Below are positions 37,182-50,777 of a stretch of 64,000 nt of DNA, one piece after another. Origin of the DNA: Octopus vulgaris (lineage: Eukaryota); assembly GCA_951406725.2 (NCBI GenBank), contig OX597816.1, forward strand, positions 103,602,001 through 103,666,000. The letters are read 5' to 3'. Under the pieces are notes generated by a model, which was not told where the DNA came from, ran no database searches, and was given only the letters and a program-made list of their open reading frames with translations. Within the stretch, counting starts at the first letter, position 1. Each line of letters starts with the position of its first letter. Both the position numbers and the translations under genes were made by a program.

Positions 37182-37607
37182 TATATTGCATGTGTAGAAG
37201 CATTAGGGAATATGTAAATAAATTTTTATTAATAATGTGTCTTGAATCTTCAAGAAACATGATTAATGAAGTCTTATACACATATATGCACATACATACA
37301 CATATACACACTCAAACATCCTAACATACATACACTCTCACACATATATGTATAGAGATATGAAGATTTTAATAGAAGTTTCAATGAAAATATTAACAAT
37401 TTTAAAATTAATTAGTCCCTTGTAGAGCACAAGTTCTTCTACATTAGGGCTCTGATAGGTGTGTGCTTTTTCTTCTCAGTAAAGTATAAAATACTTTTAC
37501 ATACTTTTGCAATTTTGAACACAAACTCAGAATTGGCATATTTTTGTAGACTCTTCCATTGCTATTCATTGAGAAATATCCAAATAATACATACACACAC
37601 ACACACA

Positions 37608-37868
37608 TTCTTCATTTTGGGATCACTACTACTTTGTTATCTCCCCTACTTCTTAGCTCTCCAGTGTGACCCTTCTGTCCAGCATTCGCCATGATAGATC
37701 GGTAGCCACTACACACATTTTTTTCTCCTTGTTTCTCTCCTCTCTGTGGAAGAGCGTAGGCTCAAAACGTTAAAGACTTTTTCAATTCCCAAGCGTTATA
37801 CTAATACATCTGTTTGTTTTCTACACCACCTGTTTTCGTGTTTTGCTTTTTTCCTGAATTCTCCCTAT
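37608..37868 (+). mobile_element. Penelope pLTR-like non-autonomous repeat with hammerhead-like motif
   Basis: Lies between (CA)n and (TA)n; contains CTGTGGA-A-GAGC-GTAG-GCTC-aAAACGTT-AAAGA at 37744-37776. Confidence 0.5.
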
Positions 37869-38105
37869 ATGTATATATATGTATATGCATATATATATAT
37901 ATATATATACATATATATATACATATATATGTATATACATATATATGCATATATATACATATATATATATACATATATGCATATATATGTATATGCGTAT
38001 ATATGTATATATATGCATATATATGTATATGCGTATATATGTATATATATGTATTTATATGTATATGCATATATATATATATATGTATATATCTGTATAT
38101 GTATA

Positions 38106-38145
<40 letters not shown>

Positions 38146-38210
38146 AAGATATACATATATGCATATATATGTATATGTATATATATATGTATATGTATAT
38201 ATATGTATAT
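37868..38210. repeat. Long (TA/TATATG/TATGCA)n microsatellite
   Basis: Direct inspection; source of the YIYIY ORFs. Confidence 0.95.
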
Positions 38211-38448
38211 TCGTGTAACATCGTCTGTTTTTCCGTCCTTGTTTCGTATACATTTGATCCTTTTTCCAAGGAATCTAATGCTCTTAGCTTAGTTTTTCCT
38301 TGGAGCTGGCCAGATTGGAGCAATCTCAAGATTAATCAGCCAAAATTGCGAGGATGATCCGGTTCTTGACTGAAGATTAAAGGCTTCGAATGACCCGTCC
38401 GTGTTTTTTGCATCGTCTTATGGATGTTTTGCGTTCTTGTTCCATTTG

Positions 38449-38480
<32 letters not shown>

Positions 38481-38527
38481 CAGCATACATACACTTTGTT
38501 CTCTTTTATACAAGTATATATATATAT

Positions 38528-38972
38528 GAATGGTGCTTTTTATGCACCACACCGGCACAGAAGCCAGTCGGGGCGGCACTGGCATCGGCCATGTTCGGAT
38601 GGTGCTTTTTATGTGCCACCGGCACAGAAGCCAGTCGAGTCGGCGCTGGCAACGGCCATGTACGGATGGTGCTTTTTATGTGCCACCGGCACAGGTATCA
38701 CAACTAGGCACAGCCTTGGCTGGCTTCCGTGCTGATGGCATGTTAAAAGCTCCAACTGATCGTGGCCGATGCCGGACCCCCCTGGCATGTAAAAAGCACC
38801 CACTACACTCGCGGAGTGGTTGGCGTTAGGAAGGGCATCCAGCTGTAGAAACTCTGCCAGATCAAACTGGAGCCTGGTGCAGCCCCTGGCTTCCCAGACC
38901 CCGGTCGAACCGTCCAACCCGTGCTAGTGCGGAAAACGGACGTTAAACGATGATGATGATGATGATGATGAT
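38528..38972 (+). mobile_element. Young CpG-rich family B repeat with inverted 5' part
   Basis: 38706-38972 is plus orientation, ending GGAAAACGGACGTTAAACGATGATGAT; 38528-38705 holds ~67-bp VNTR units in the opposite orientation. Confidence 0.85.
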
Positions 38973-39008
38973 ATGGATGTTATGCGTTCTTGTCCCATTT
39001 TGTATTTT

Positions 39009-39050
<42 letters not shown>

Positions 39051-39062
39051 AAAATACAAAAT

Positions 39063-39099
<37 letters not shown>

Positions 39100-39156
39100 C
39101 GGCGTACGTACACTTTGTTCTCTTATATGTAAGTATATATATATATATGCATACAC

Positions 39157-39345
39157 ATCATCATCATCTAACGTCTGCTTTCCATGCTGGCATGGGTTGG
39201 ACGGTTTAACTGAGGACTTGCAAGCCAGATGGCTGCACCAGGCTCCTAGCTGATCTGGCAGAGTTTCTACAGCTTGATGCCCTTCCTAATGCCAACCATT
39301 CTGAGAGTATAGTGGGTGCTTTTACATGTCACCGGCATGACGGCC
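39157..39345 (-). mobile_element. Family B repeat
   Basis: (CAT)n tail, AACGTCTGCTTTCCATGCTGGCATGGGTTGGACGG, core. Confidence 0.9.
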
Positions 39346-39355
39346 AATATGTATA

Positions 39356-39394
<39 letters not shown>

Positions 39395-39458
39395 AAAAAG
39401 TTAACAGAATGAGATAAAAATCCAAGGCTGGGAAATATTTCAGAACATTCATAAAGAG

Positions 39459-39506
39459 GTCTTACAGCTGTTTCCGGGATATTTTATTTATCCCTTCATC
39501 GGAGAC
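39459..39506 (-). ncRNA. Near-canonical minimal type I hammerhead ribozyme
   Basis: GUCU-CCGAUGA-A-GGGAUA-AAUAAAA-UAUCCC-G-GAAA-CAGCUG-UA^-AGAC: stem I GUCU/AGAC, 6-bp stem II, palindromic stem III ACAGCUGU, GUA cleavage triplet; U4->C in the core. Confidence 0.75.
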
Positions 39507-41207
39507 GGTGTATATATGTATGTTACTAAACTTTTATATTGTTTATACATATGTAACTCTGTAGATGGATATGCCAATAGAAAACGCATCATCCTTATGT
39601 ATTTGTAACACCATGCAGTTATGTGTATATATTTGCCTACAATAATATAATATACATTCAAATAACCATGCTAGAAACAGTTTAGCAAACCTTAATAATT
39701 ACAATAAATAATATCATCTCCTCAATCTTAGCCTTCCCAAAATGATTGGTTTATAATCTTTTAATAATAATCTCATAAAACTAAACCTTATTCAAGCTCA
39801 GTTTGACTTATGCTATGTGACCGATTGATGCTATGTGACCAACTCTTTCACAGAAACCTAAAACAATATGAACCAACTTCGTACGCAAAGAATGTTGTCA
39901 ACTAAATGTAACATATCTGTTTATACCTTTAATTCACAGCCTAACTGAACCCTTAGCAATAACAATATTCCCATATGAAATCAATGTAAATCACTTCACC
40001 ATAACTTTCTATTGATCCACATCCAATAAACACATATTTTTCTCTTATCCTCCACTATATTGACTTCCTATAGAACTACTCATCCTGCCTACAACATACC
40101 TAAACATCGATCAACAAAGCTCCACCTACCCAACAAAAAAACAACTTGCCAAGGACTATATAATGTGAAAACAAAACTAAGTAAAGCACAGACTGCTGAA
40201 TACACACACTCATATATAGGGACCATCTGAGGACCCCTATATATACATATATATATATATATATGTAGTTATTATCTCAAGTGTTTGTGCCTCAAAAGAA
40301 AATAATGACCCCTGTAAAATGGTTGGTATAGGAAGGGAATCCAGCCATAGAGACCAACGCAAGAAAGGCATTGATGCATGATACAGTTCTCCCTTATGTC
40401 AAACCTTTTCATTCATCCAATATATACCAACATTGATGATGATGATGATGGCTTTACTGTGAGCATCAAATTTAATTTCAGAACTTTACAGTTCACTAGA
40501 TCATATTTTTTTAAACATTTATAGATTAAGTAAAATAGAGTCGGCAATGTAAAACCAAACAGCTTTAGTCTTTTTAACATAGAGAGTATTACACAACTTT
40601 CATTGTAAACAAGAAGCTTTTATAACAGTCTGTTGTAACTGATGTAGCTGTTAATAATATTGCTTATACAACATATAATAACTAGTAAGGTAATGTATAG
40701 CTTGTAGAATGTGATTTTGTTATGAAACCAAATTATATTTAAATGAATGATAAATGGAATGTATTATATGACATAGATGTGTTCATAAATTTCACCAGAT
40801 TACTATTAAAACTGAATACTTCACAAACTATATTGCTCTTATTCTAAATAAGGAAGTGATTTGATTAAATTTATAGCATTTGCTTCATAGTACTAAAAGT
40901 ATTCGTTGCTGTAGGAACCTGAACAACTGAAAATCTGTTACCATGCAACCTTTTCTAATTCTTATTTTCTGTCACTGGTTTTATTTATTGGACAGCATAT
41001 ATGCTGCGATGCTTACTTCAAGTGTTTTTAACCAATCGTATAGATCTTAGTATTTATTTCAATGTGCTGTTTTTAATGATATGCCTATACTTATATTATT
41101 TTTTTCTTGTGAAAAGCTAAGTTATCTTCTTTGACACAATATCTTTTTGCCTTTATGAGTCGTGGTGTTTCATGTACATAAACAAAGCCTTGGCCATCTC
41201 CCCACCT

Positions 41208-41345
<138 letters not shown>

Positions 41346-41351
41346 GACACA

Positions 41352-42565
41352 TGAGGGGTGCTCATTAAAGATTTCTCCTGACCCACTTCCCAAGGACTGG
41401 GATAAATGAAACTTGGCATAACTATTAGTCTTTCACTATATAGCCACTACCAATGATGACACACTTCTCCCATTATTTTATGCAGTTGTGAAGACCTCAT
41501 CTGTAGAAGTTGGTAGGTTGCATCTGGAGCTAAGACTTTACCTCAGAAATAAATTCATCATCTGAAAAGTGCTTCCAAAGACTTCATGGTTGGAAAGAGG
41601 TGGAAGTCAGATGTTGCAAGGTTGGGAGAGTAAAGGAGATGCAGAAGGATTTCATTGTTGCAGGAGTGTGCTTTCATCAAGGCAACATGCACATTGTGAA
41701 CTGGGGCATTAGTCAGCATGCCACGCCTCTCTGCTTTGATGGCTTCCTGCAATTTCTGCAGCAGTGAAGCACAATATGCCCTATTAATTGTGGTGCCCTT
41801 TGCCAGAAAATCCATCATTACTACTAGTCTGAACAGACTAAGCGTCACCTTGCCTGCTGAAGGTTGGACTCAAGCCTTCTTCGGAGGTGGTGAGTTATCA
41901 TGCTTCCATTGATTCAACTGGACTTTAGTCTCAGGATCATAGTGATGGACTCATGTTTCATCCTCTTGGGCCATTGCCAAAAGAACCTGGGAGCAATTGA
42001 CTCATTCCTGCTTCTGAAAAGGTGTGAGCATTTGGGGAATCCATCATGCAGACAACTTCTGCATGTGCATATGGTCGCGAATGATTTTTTTCCATGGAAT
42101 CAATACTTATCTTTATTTCTTGGGTTGGTCGTCAAATAGTTATGAAATGATCCTCTAAAATGATGGCTTCCACTTTATGGATGGTGTCATCATCAATGGC
42201 AGAATGTGGTCATCCAAGAATAGGAGCAGTTTCTACCAATATCTGACTACATTTGAACTGGCAATGCCAGTGCTTGACTGCAGTCCATGATGGTGCATTA
42301 TCACCATAAACTTCTTTCATTTCATTGAAAGTCTCTTTTGGTGTATGACCTTTCATGTATAAGAACCTGATCACTGATCTGCATCCAACTGCCTCCATTA
42401 TAACACCTTAGTCAACTTCAGCAGCTGTAAAAACGAATGAATACTGGGGGAAAGCTGCAATTTACAATGTGACATGTAGAGACATGTATAATTATAACTG
42501 TACAAGTTCCATTTCATATATTAACCGGAAGTGGGGCAGGGGAAATCTTTAATGAACACCCCTTG
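41352..42565 (-). mobile_element. Decayed mariner transposon with both TIRs
   Basis: TIRs GAGGGGTGCTCATTAAAGATTTCTCCTGACCCACTTCC / GGAAGTGGGGCAGGGGAAATCTTTAATGAACACCCCTTG; ORF remnants RSVIRFLYMKGHTPKETFNEMKEVYGDNAPS and NAPVH..YSPNLATSDFHLFP. Confidence 0.92.
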
Positions 42566-42922
42566 TGTGTATGTGTGTGTATGTGTGTATTATGTAGGTA
42601 GGGTAAAATTCTGGCTGCTTCCTCTTGAAGCACATGTGCTTATTCTATTATTACAATCCAGTATGTAGTGGCTCTCATTTTAGTATAGATGCAAAGTACA
42701 TATTAAAATTGAAAATTCTGGAAATATTGTTTGCCAGGAAGTTGGAAAAGTTTTGGGTATTATTTATTCACCATTACACATGCTTCATTTGCTAATAGGA
42801 ATCACAAAGTTTTACATGTTAGATAGCTTGTAATTCCTATTAGAAAATGAAATATATGTAATGGTGAATAAATAATACTACCAAATTTTCCATCTTCCTG
42901 TTTTGTTGTATGCACACACACA

Positions 42923-42968
<46 letters not shown>

Positions 42969-44874
42969 GCAGGTGTATGTGACAAACTCCTGCATAAGAC
43001 AAACCCCAATGTTTTTGCAGAAAGAAGTATATTTTGTGGAAAAAACAGATATAATATATTTCATCATGCACTCAGACACTCATTCTCTAAACCATAATAC
43101 AGTTACATTTGACATATGTCAACTTTCTGTTATGTCTAAGATGTAAAAAAAAAAAAAAACTCATCTAATTCAGTGGCACGTATAGTATATTGTATTTATG
43201 CTTGTGTATGTATTGTGATCCAGGATTGGTTACTTCAAAATAAAAGTGGTCATATACACTGGTCTCTATAACATATGCCTCAACTAGGCTTGTGATATAG
43301 AGATAGAAGTGTGTGTGAGTGTATATCAGTGTATACACAATATTACACATATCAGCTTATTATGCAAGCATAGAAAACGGATGGTAAATAATGATGATGT
43401 GCATCATCATCATTACTACTGGTACATACTTAGATACATATAAGCATACATACATACATACACATATACATACATACACATATATACACACATACATATG
43501 TGCACACATCTATACACACACACATGCACAAAAATACAAACACACATATATCAGTCTTCAGCACAGTTTTTATGTACTGGATTCAACTTCGAATGTTTTG
43601 GTTGTCTTGGAGCTATTGTAGAAGTCACTCACTGAAAGGAGTGCATAATAAGATAAAACCAGGGACCATGTGATGGCAAGTGAAACATCTTAATCACACA
43701 GCCATACCTGTCCTTAATAAATATATGATTGATAGTTAAATTATATAAAAAAAAAAGAAACTGCTGAAGTAAGTTGAAAGCAGCAAATGGAAGCTTTACA
43801 TGTATTTTGACTGCTTAAATAGCTTGCAGACAGAAGTGAACTTCCTTTCTACTCATCATGAAATTGAATAAGTTCTTTATTTTCCATTTATTTTATTATC
43901 CAGAGAAGGATTTTGCTGACAGACATCCACTTGATATTACATCTTACCTTAAAATAAACTTCTATTAGAATCTCCTTGAAATAATATACTTATCTTTTGC
44001 CTCTGCTTCGCATACTTGATAGTCAAATTCAATCAGTGCAGGTCTTGTTTCGCTAGTTATAGTGTAATGTTAACATTGTGGATGTAATATAGTCTTCCCT
44101 TCCCACAATCTAGTTATATAATCTTACCTCTCCATCAACATTACCACTCAATAAATCAATCAAAATAATAAGTGTCTTTATGTCTTTATCACTTAAGGAA
44201 TATTTTAATCCTTAATAATTTTCCCCACTGCCAAAAAACAAAAGACAAATTTAAACAAAAGTCAAAAATTTTTATTCTGATCTGGGATGATTTGATCTGG
44301 TCACTGTAAACTTCCAAGTTGCTCATCAGTTTCTAGAGATTTCTACTTTCCACCACTTAGTCACAATAATTTTTGGTTTTGTTTTTGATTGGACACAATG
44401 GCTTTGATGCTAAGGTGTTGACTGTTGACCATATAGTCATAAGTTCACATCATATGACAGGCAATATGCTGTGCTTTTGAACAACGCAAATTAACTTTGC
44501 ATGCACAACTTTCTTAGACTGGTTAAGCTAACAATTAAGCCTCAACAAAGTCACTTGAACTGATAGAAATAGTATCCAAATATCCCTCACAACACACTAT
44601 CTTAAATTGGGAAGGACACATCAAATAATGTCCTAGATAAACTATAACTGAAAACAAAACAGAGTGCTCACAGCAGGAATTATTTTTAACCACAGGGCTG
44701 CTTTTTCTATCTTGATCTGGGACTAATAACTTCTGATCATTAAGAATATCTTCTGGCACTGCCTTATGGTTAATTAGTGAGTAGAAGGCTTAGTATAGTA
44801 GCTACATATGAAAGTGTCTCTCTGTGCAAACATAGACAAAGAGCAAAATAAAAAAAAAAGAGCATGGGAAGCAT

Positions 44875-45305
44875 GTCCTGAAGCTGGCAGAGATGTAGCT
44901 GCTGGGAAAAAAATGAAAAGAGCATGCTCCATTTCATGTGTAATGTTAATGTCCATAAATGGTGGAGAACAAATAAGTCTTAAGAAAAACTGCATGTAAG
45001 AGAAACAGTTGTAGTGTGAAAAAGAGAAGACTGTTCTGGTACAGGTATATGATGCATACAGGGGATAACAGGTGAAGAAGTGCCAAGCAATTCAGATTGA
45101 AGAAGACTTTGACTTTCATTTCTGTAGGAAGTCAAAGGAAAACTTGGGATGATCTTATGATGCTGAACCTCACAAAGTAGAAGACATGGGGTCACAACAT
45201 TACAACATGTGGTGTGATGCTGTACTGAAGTAGACCTATCCAAGTGATACAGACATGGATAAATGGATTAAATGATGTTGAAAATAATGATTATAATGAT
45301 GATCA
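44875..45305 (+). pseudogene. Decayed RTE LINE 3' end
   Basis: NEKSMLHFMCNVNV..KRRLFWYRYMM.., ending CATGGATAAATGGATTAAATGATG (family B-like tail). Confidence 0.65.
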
Positions 45306-46244
45306 TATTTATCATCAATGCATGATAGTTGTATATGGTAGACTTAATCTGTCATCAGGTTAATGCTACCATCTGGACCATAGGTACTTCTAATAGAATC
45401 AATTCTGTTGCAAGCATTCGACTGAGGGTTCTTGTCTGATAATAACATGATGTCTTAAGGTACTGCTTTCTGCTGTAGCATCAAGAGCCACATTTTTCTC
45501 CTCCTCCCCACATCTCTTGGAGACCCTGGAAAAGAGTTACTGGTATTAGTCTTCCTTCTGTGACTAAGCTACAATATATATATATAAAATACGATAAAAC
45601 AAATTGAAAATTGTTGTTGTATCCATTTATCATTTAAATGTGTAACCGTCTGTGATGAGTTGTGAATAAGATCATGTCATCTTTGTATATAAAAAAAACA
45701 CAACTTTGTTTTTCATATTTAAATGTATCAGTAGCCCAGTGGGTAAGAGCATTGTTACTTTTAGAGGAGCATTAAAGATTCCTAATTTATACACAGTCAA
45801 ATACTTATATACATCCATGAATGAGACACCTGGCTATCATAGGAAATCAACCTACTTGAAATGAATATTGATCTAAATACTGAAGTGTTTCATCTCTAAT
45901 AATGTGGGTAACAGTCCATGAAATTACAATCATATCTTAGACGTTTATAGTTTTAAAATGTTATTTAGACTGTAAAAGTATAACCATATAATTAATATTA
46001 TTGTTGAATTGTGTATAATTTGCTCTGTTTAAATACAAAGCTTAAATACCAATAATTTGATGAGTCTATAAATGTAAATGTAGATTAATATATTTGTACA
46101 GTGCAGTTTTTTCCTTAAACTATATGACAAATAACCAGTATTAAGAACATGTGTATTTCTGTTTATGTATTATGATTGTATCTTTGTTATTGGGTCTGGC
46201 CTTGAGTGTTACAAAGAGAATATGTAAGCACTATCACTTAATAT

Positions 46245-46916
46245 TAAAGGAGGCTAGGAGACAGGTATACTTTGCTAGGGGAGAAGCTGAAAGGAAGAAC
46301 TTTGCCAGTGTTCTGTGGTGTGAGGATCAGAGGCTTGTATTTTGGACTGCAAGACAGTGTGTCAGAGAAAATTGTGATGTAGGAAAGATATGCTTTCACA
46401 TAGATGATGGTTCATTTGCAGTTAGTGACTCTGCAAAGAAAGAATCTTGGACATGCCACTATAAAAGGCTGCTAAATGCAGAGAGTGCATGGGAGAAGGA
46501 GAGTCTGCCCAATTTGGGCTTGACATAGGGATCAGCTATCTGAATTGTCTATAGCTTTGTAGCTAAAGCAATTAAGGATATGAAGACAGGGAATACTGCT
46601 AGCCCTTCAGGAATGATTGCTGAGATGTTTAGAATATCTGGTTGAGTGGAATATGGCCCAGTTCTCTGTTTAATTAATCCCAACGACTGGTGTAGCAACA
46701 TTATAGTCAACTGCTACAAAGGTAAAGGTGACACTGGAGGCAAAAATAATTACTGAGGGATCAAATTGCTGGACCAGGTGATGAAAGTTACAAATAGGTC
46801 ATAGCTCAACTAATTAGGGAGTTAGCCTAGATAAGATGTAGTTTGGTTTTGTGCTAGGAAGAAGCGCTATTGAGGCTATCTTCCTGGTCAGGCAACTGCT
46901 GGAGAAATATTTAACC
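46245..46916 (+). pseudogene. Decayed RTE LINE fragment (linker and start of RT)
   Basis: KEARRQVYFARGEAERK..WTCHYKRLLNAE..KAIKDMKTG..PSGMIAEM..PNDWCSNIIVNCYKGKGD..NY*GIKLLDQVMKV..FGFVLGRSAIEAIFLVRQLLEKYL. Confidence 0.9.
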
Positions 46917-48959
46917 CATGGTGGATAATATGTGTGTGTGAACCCAAAGATAGGGGCATTGAGTCAATGAATACCTAATAATAGTGAAAAGGGACATAAA
47001 AGTACTGAAGATGATGAACAATGATGCAGTAAGGATACTTTGGGATTGATTCCTAGCTCTTGGCTGACCATTTGTCTAGGCATTTAGGGTAAACATTTGT
47101 GTGTTGAGGTTGTTCCTGTAGTCTGTCTCCGAATGTAGGAGTTGACATCTTATCAAATGATGAAGCATCTGTAGGTGTTTTGGCCTCTTCCACCATTACA
47201 CCAGAGCTGCCAGGGCCAGCCACCAATGTAAGTGACAAAACTTCTCCACAACAGCTTGAGCTTATTTGAGTTAGGAGTTGTAACTCTGGGCCAAATGTTT
47301 TTATCATCATCAATGCTTGTTCTTGGATTGTCAGTTTCTGGTTATCCCAACTAATTTCTAGCCACTGGGAGGAAAGTTGTTCTGTTTTAAATTAGAATGC
47401 ATGTTTCTTTCCCTACATCCAATTTCGTGCACAAGTGGTAATACACTCATAGGAATACAAGTGTATTTCCATTTTTGTTTTATACAAGATTTTAGTTTGA
47501 GAATTTAGTCACACAAACTGTTTCAGCTTAAGAACCATTATATACCAATCTTCAAAGGTGTAGTATCTAAATGATTGAAGAAGTGGATTAAATAGATGAC
47601 AGACTTTAGAGATCACAGTTCTACAGGGATGGGTATGAACAGATGTTACCATCAAGAATTTGGTAATGTCATATCTAAAGATCCAGTCTTCAGTAACATG
47701 TCAGTGCTAATGACTTAAAAAATAAATCCCACTAAAATTCCACAATATCATACATCTAACTGTTGCATTAATTCTGCAATGATGCTGAGTGACTAAAACA
47801 ACTTTGGAAGAATTAAAACCAAGAACTATAAGACTCTAAATCATAGTAAATCCATTCTTATCCACTTAGGCATGGTATATATTATATATTTGAAACCATA
47901 CATTGATTCAAATGCCATTGTTGTTGTTGTTTAATCCAAGGTTGGCTTTAGTCAAGCTGACCTATGATGAATGACAATCCAGTTGTGACCATCCATTCTT
48001 AATTTCTTGATGCAGTGTACTTAGAATTATGCTTATCAAATATGTAGTTCCTTTTTAAAGATGGTAGGGTAAGATTTGAGCAAGAGATGATTTCTATTTC
48101 TAGTAGACCAAATAAACCATAAATAAGATTTTCATTTGTTCTTGTGTTGGAATAATTTGTGTGAATGAATCATTGACTTGACATTTTCTAAAAATGATTG
48201 AAAATATGACATTTTAAAGTCTGAGTCACCTATCAATAATATTTTACAATATTTTATTCATTTAACTATTTTAAAATCCTTTTGGTACCAATTTGCTTGA
48301 TATCACTTCTGGTTCTTGGTACAAGCTGTTTGTTTCAAAGTGTTCATATTTGAATTGAAGCCTTGCATCATTCATTTATGAAAGAGCCTTTTTTTATGTA
48401 CCAGTATACAGCTAAATGTACCAATCAATGACTGAGTCAAGAAGAGGCCTCAGTGTGCTTGTTAAAAACAGCAGACAAGTATCTCTCTAGTAAGAATATA
48501 TAAGTCATGATTAGGCAACTTTTGATTATAGGGTTGCTTGACTAGGGCTTTCTTCGGAATAAAGACCAACAACAATAGTAACCAAAAAATCTTTATTAGT
48601 TTGAAAATTAAATGAAACATAGTCAGTGTATTTCTTTATAAGTATGGTCATGAGAGGTTAAAGCAAATGGAACTGTTACTACCATACTTGCAACTCTATT
48701 AAGAAAACAGTTAAAAACTAGCAAAATTACATTTCTCTTTTGCCGTTGGTTTATTATAATAGATATTTTTTTATTTGAAGTATTATGGATTTTGAAAAAT
48801 ATAATTTAAGAAAATCCATAAAAATGTTTAAGTGTTTTGAAAAAGCTCTTACTAAATTTTGTTGTGCACAAATATTAGCATAAACCAACTATGCAATAAT
48901 TTTTTTGTTTTTTCTACTTTTTAACTTTACAACAAGGTTTTTTTTAACATTCCATGAGA

Positions 48960-49215
48960 AGTATGCCAGTAATTTTTTTGTACTTTCCATACAAAGTGCC
49001 ACTGGTAATTTTAACTTGACTCCCTGTGTGCCGCCAATAATTTTTACTTGATCTCCAATGTGCCACTATTAATTTTTTATTTGATCTCCTGTGTTCCACT
49101 GATAATTTTCATTTGTACTCCAGTGTGCTACCATTAATTCTTACTTGATTTCTAGTATGTCACCAGTAATTTTTACTTCAGCCATAATATACCACTAAGT
49201 CAAAATGATTGAAAA
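48960..49215. repeat. ~32-bp minisatellite (about 7 copies), probably internal to an hAT-type MITE
   Basis: Unit TGCCACTRRTAATTTTTACTTGATCTCCWGTG; ends near TTGAAAACCACAG, which is hAT-TIR-like. Confidence 0.8.
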
Positions 49216-50777
49216 CCACAGCTTTATGATCTCACATCATCATCATCGTTTAACATCCACTTTCCATGCTGGCATGGGTTGGACAGTTTGACTGACGGCT
49301 GGCAAGTCAGAAGGCTCCACCAGGGTCAGCAACCAAATTCCTTCAAACTAAACTCTGCCTTCTAAATAAAAGAAGAAAACAGTGGATACATTAGTCCTTG
49401 AATCATTGTATCTGAAAAAAAAAAGCAATATGTGCTGAATGGCTGGAATGTTTTTAATCATATCTCTGCTTGGTCTGTGTAACATGGGGCAAATCAATAA
49501 CTAATTGTCATTAAGCTAATATCAATAAGCTATCTGCTTAGTTGAAGTTGACTCTTGGTTACTCGATGGATCAGTGTCCTCCAGCCAGTTCTATCCTGGG
49601 TTGCTTCTTTCAGATTGGCTATGTCCATTCCCATGTCACTCTTGATGGTGTCAAGCCAGCGGGTTCTTGGTCAGCCTCTTCCTCTCTTGCCACTGACCAT
49701 TCCGAGCATGATGTCAATAAGCAAACTATTATAAACATTTAATTTTCTTCAGAATTTTTGGAGTTGTGGTTTCAAAACTCAGCGACAGACCTTGTGGTGT
49801 ATTCATGGTACGGTATGCTAATGTACTTTCCCAGTTCATCTGATTTATCTGTTTTGTGAATTTATTTGATTTGATCAGTTGGTATTAAGAAGGATATGCA
49901 ACCTTACAAACACCTGATGAAAAGCTCAATACAAAATGTTTAAATTTGTAAACCTCTCCATCCCATACCTGCTAAGGAAAAGGGAAATGGATGTAAAATG
50001 AGAAACAAATATAAATGTAAATATAACTGTTTACTCTATCCCTTCTAATCTCATGGAATGGAATCTAGCAAACTGACAGCTGAATTAATTGCACAGAAAT
50101 AACAACTGTTTTTGCCTCCTGATTAATGTGATGGTTTGTTGTCTTTATAAAATCTTCTATTTATTCAAAGCTGTCACAGGAAGAAATTGGATAAGGTTAA
50201 AATAGCATGGATAAAGAATAAACAATGCTTTTGTACGGTGGTTTGATAATTGCCAACTTTAACATGTTGCTGTCTTTGAGAAAACTACCTGAGCCCACAG
50301 GACCATAGTACAGTTTGTGTTGTTGTTTTGATTTATTTCTTACTCAAACATTCAAGTGGTATTTGCTGTTACTTTTCATCTTAAATCCTCAAATCACATT
50401 AGTATGTTGCTGGTATCTCACATATCAACCTTAGAAAACTCATGAAACATAAAAATATTTTTGATTAAATTAAAGTATTTGAATCATAAATTGATAAAGA
50501 TGGAGAATACTCCATCCCCCCTCTGTCTGTCTGTCTGCCTGTCTATCTATCTATTTATATTATGCATATATGAATACACACACACACACACACATACTCA
50601 TATGTATAAATATAAGCAAATTGAAACTAAAAATAAAAACAAAACAACAAATGTATTAGGTTGATGTTCAGTTTACATTAGAAAAAAGAGGGGATGGCTC
50701 TTCATCAGAAAGAGAGAAGAGGAAAAGAAAAAAATAGTCCTAGAAAAGCATGTATATGATTACATGGCATATATATA

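Noticed and set aside
37746-38357. Longest ORFs (up to 203 aa), also 54437-54954, 11028-11782, 8056-8566 and 41091-41419
   Set aside because: Translations of TA/CA/TG microsatellites ([12 protein letters not shown]); open only because the repeats lack stop codons.
38211-38418. Possible hammerhead in the repeat between (AT)n tracts (CTGAAGA..TTCGAATG)
   Set aside because: The stems cannot be built convincingly; probably a repeat, but unclassified.
47053-47313. 86-aa minus-strand ORF with normal composition
   Set aside because: No recognisable motif or splice signals, and stops lie upstream; probably decayed TE sequence.
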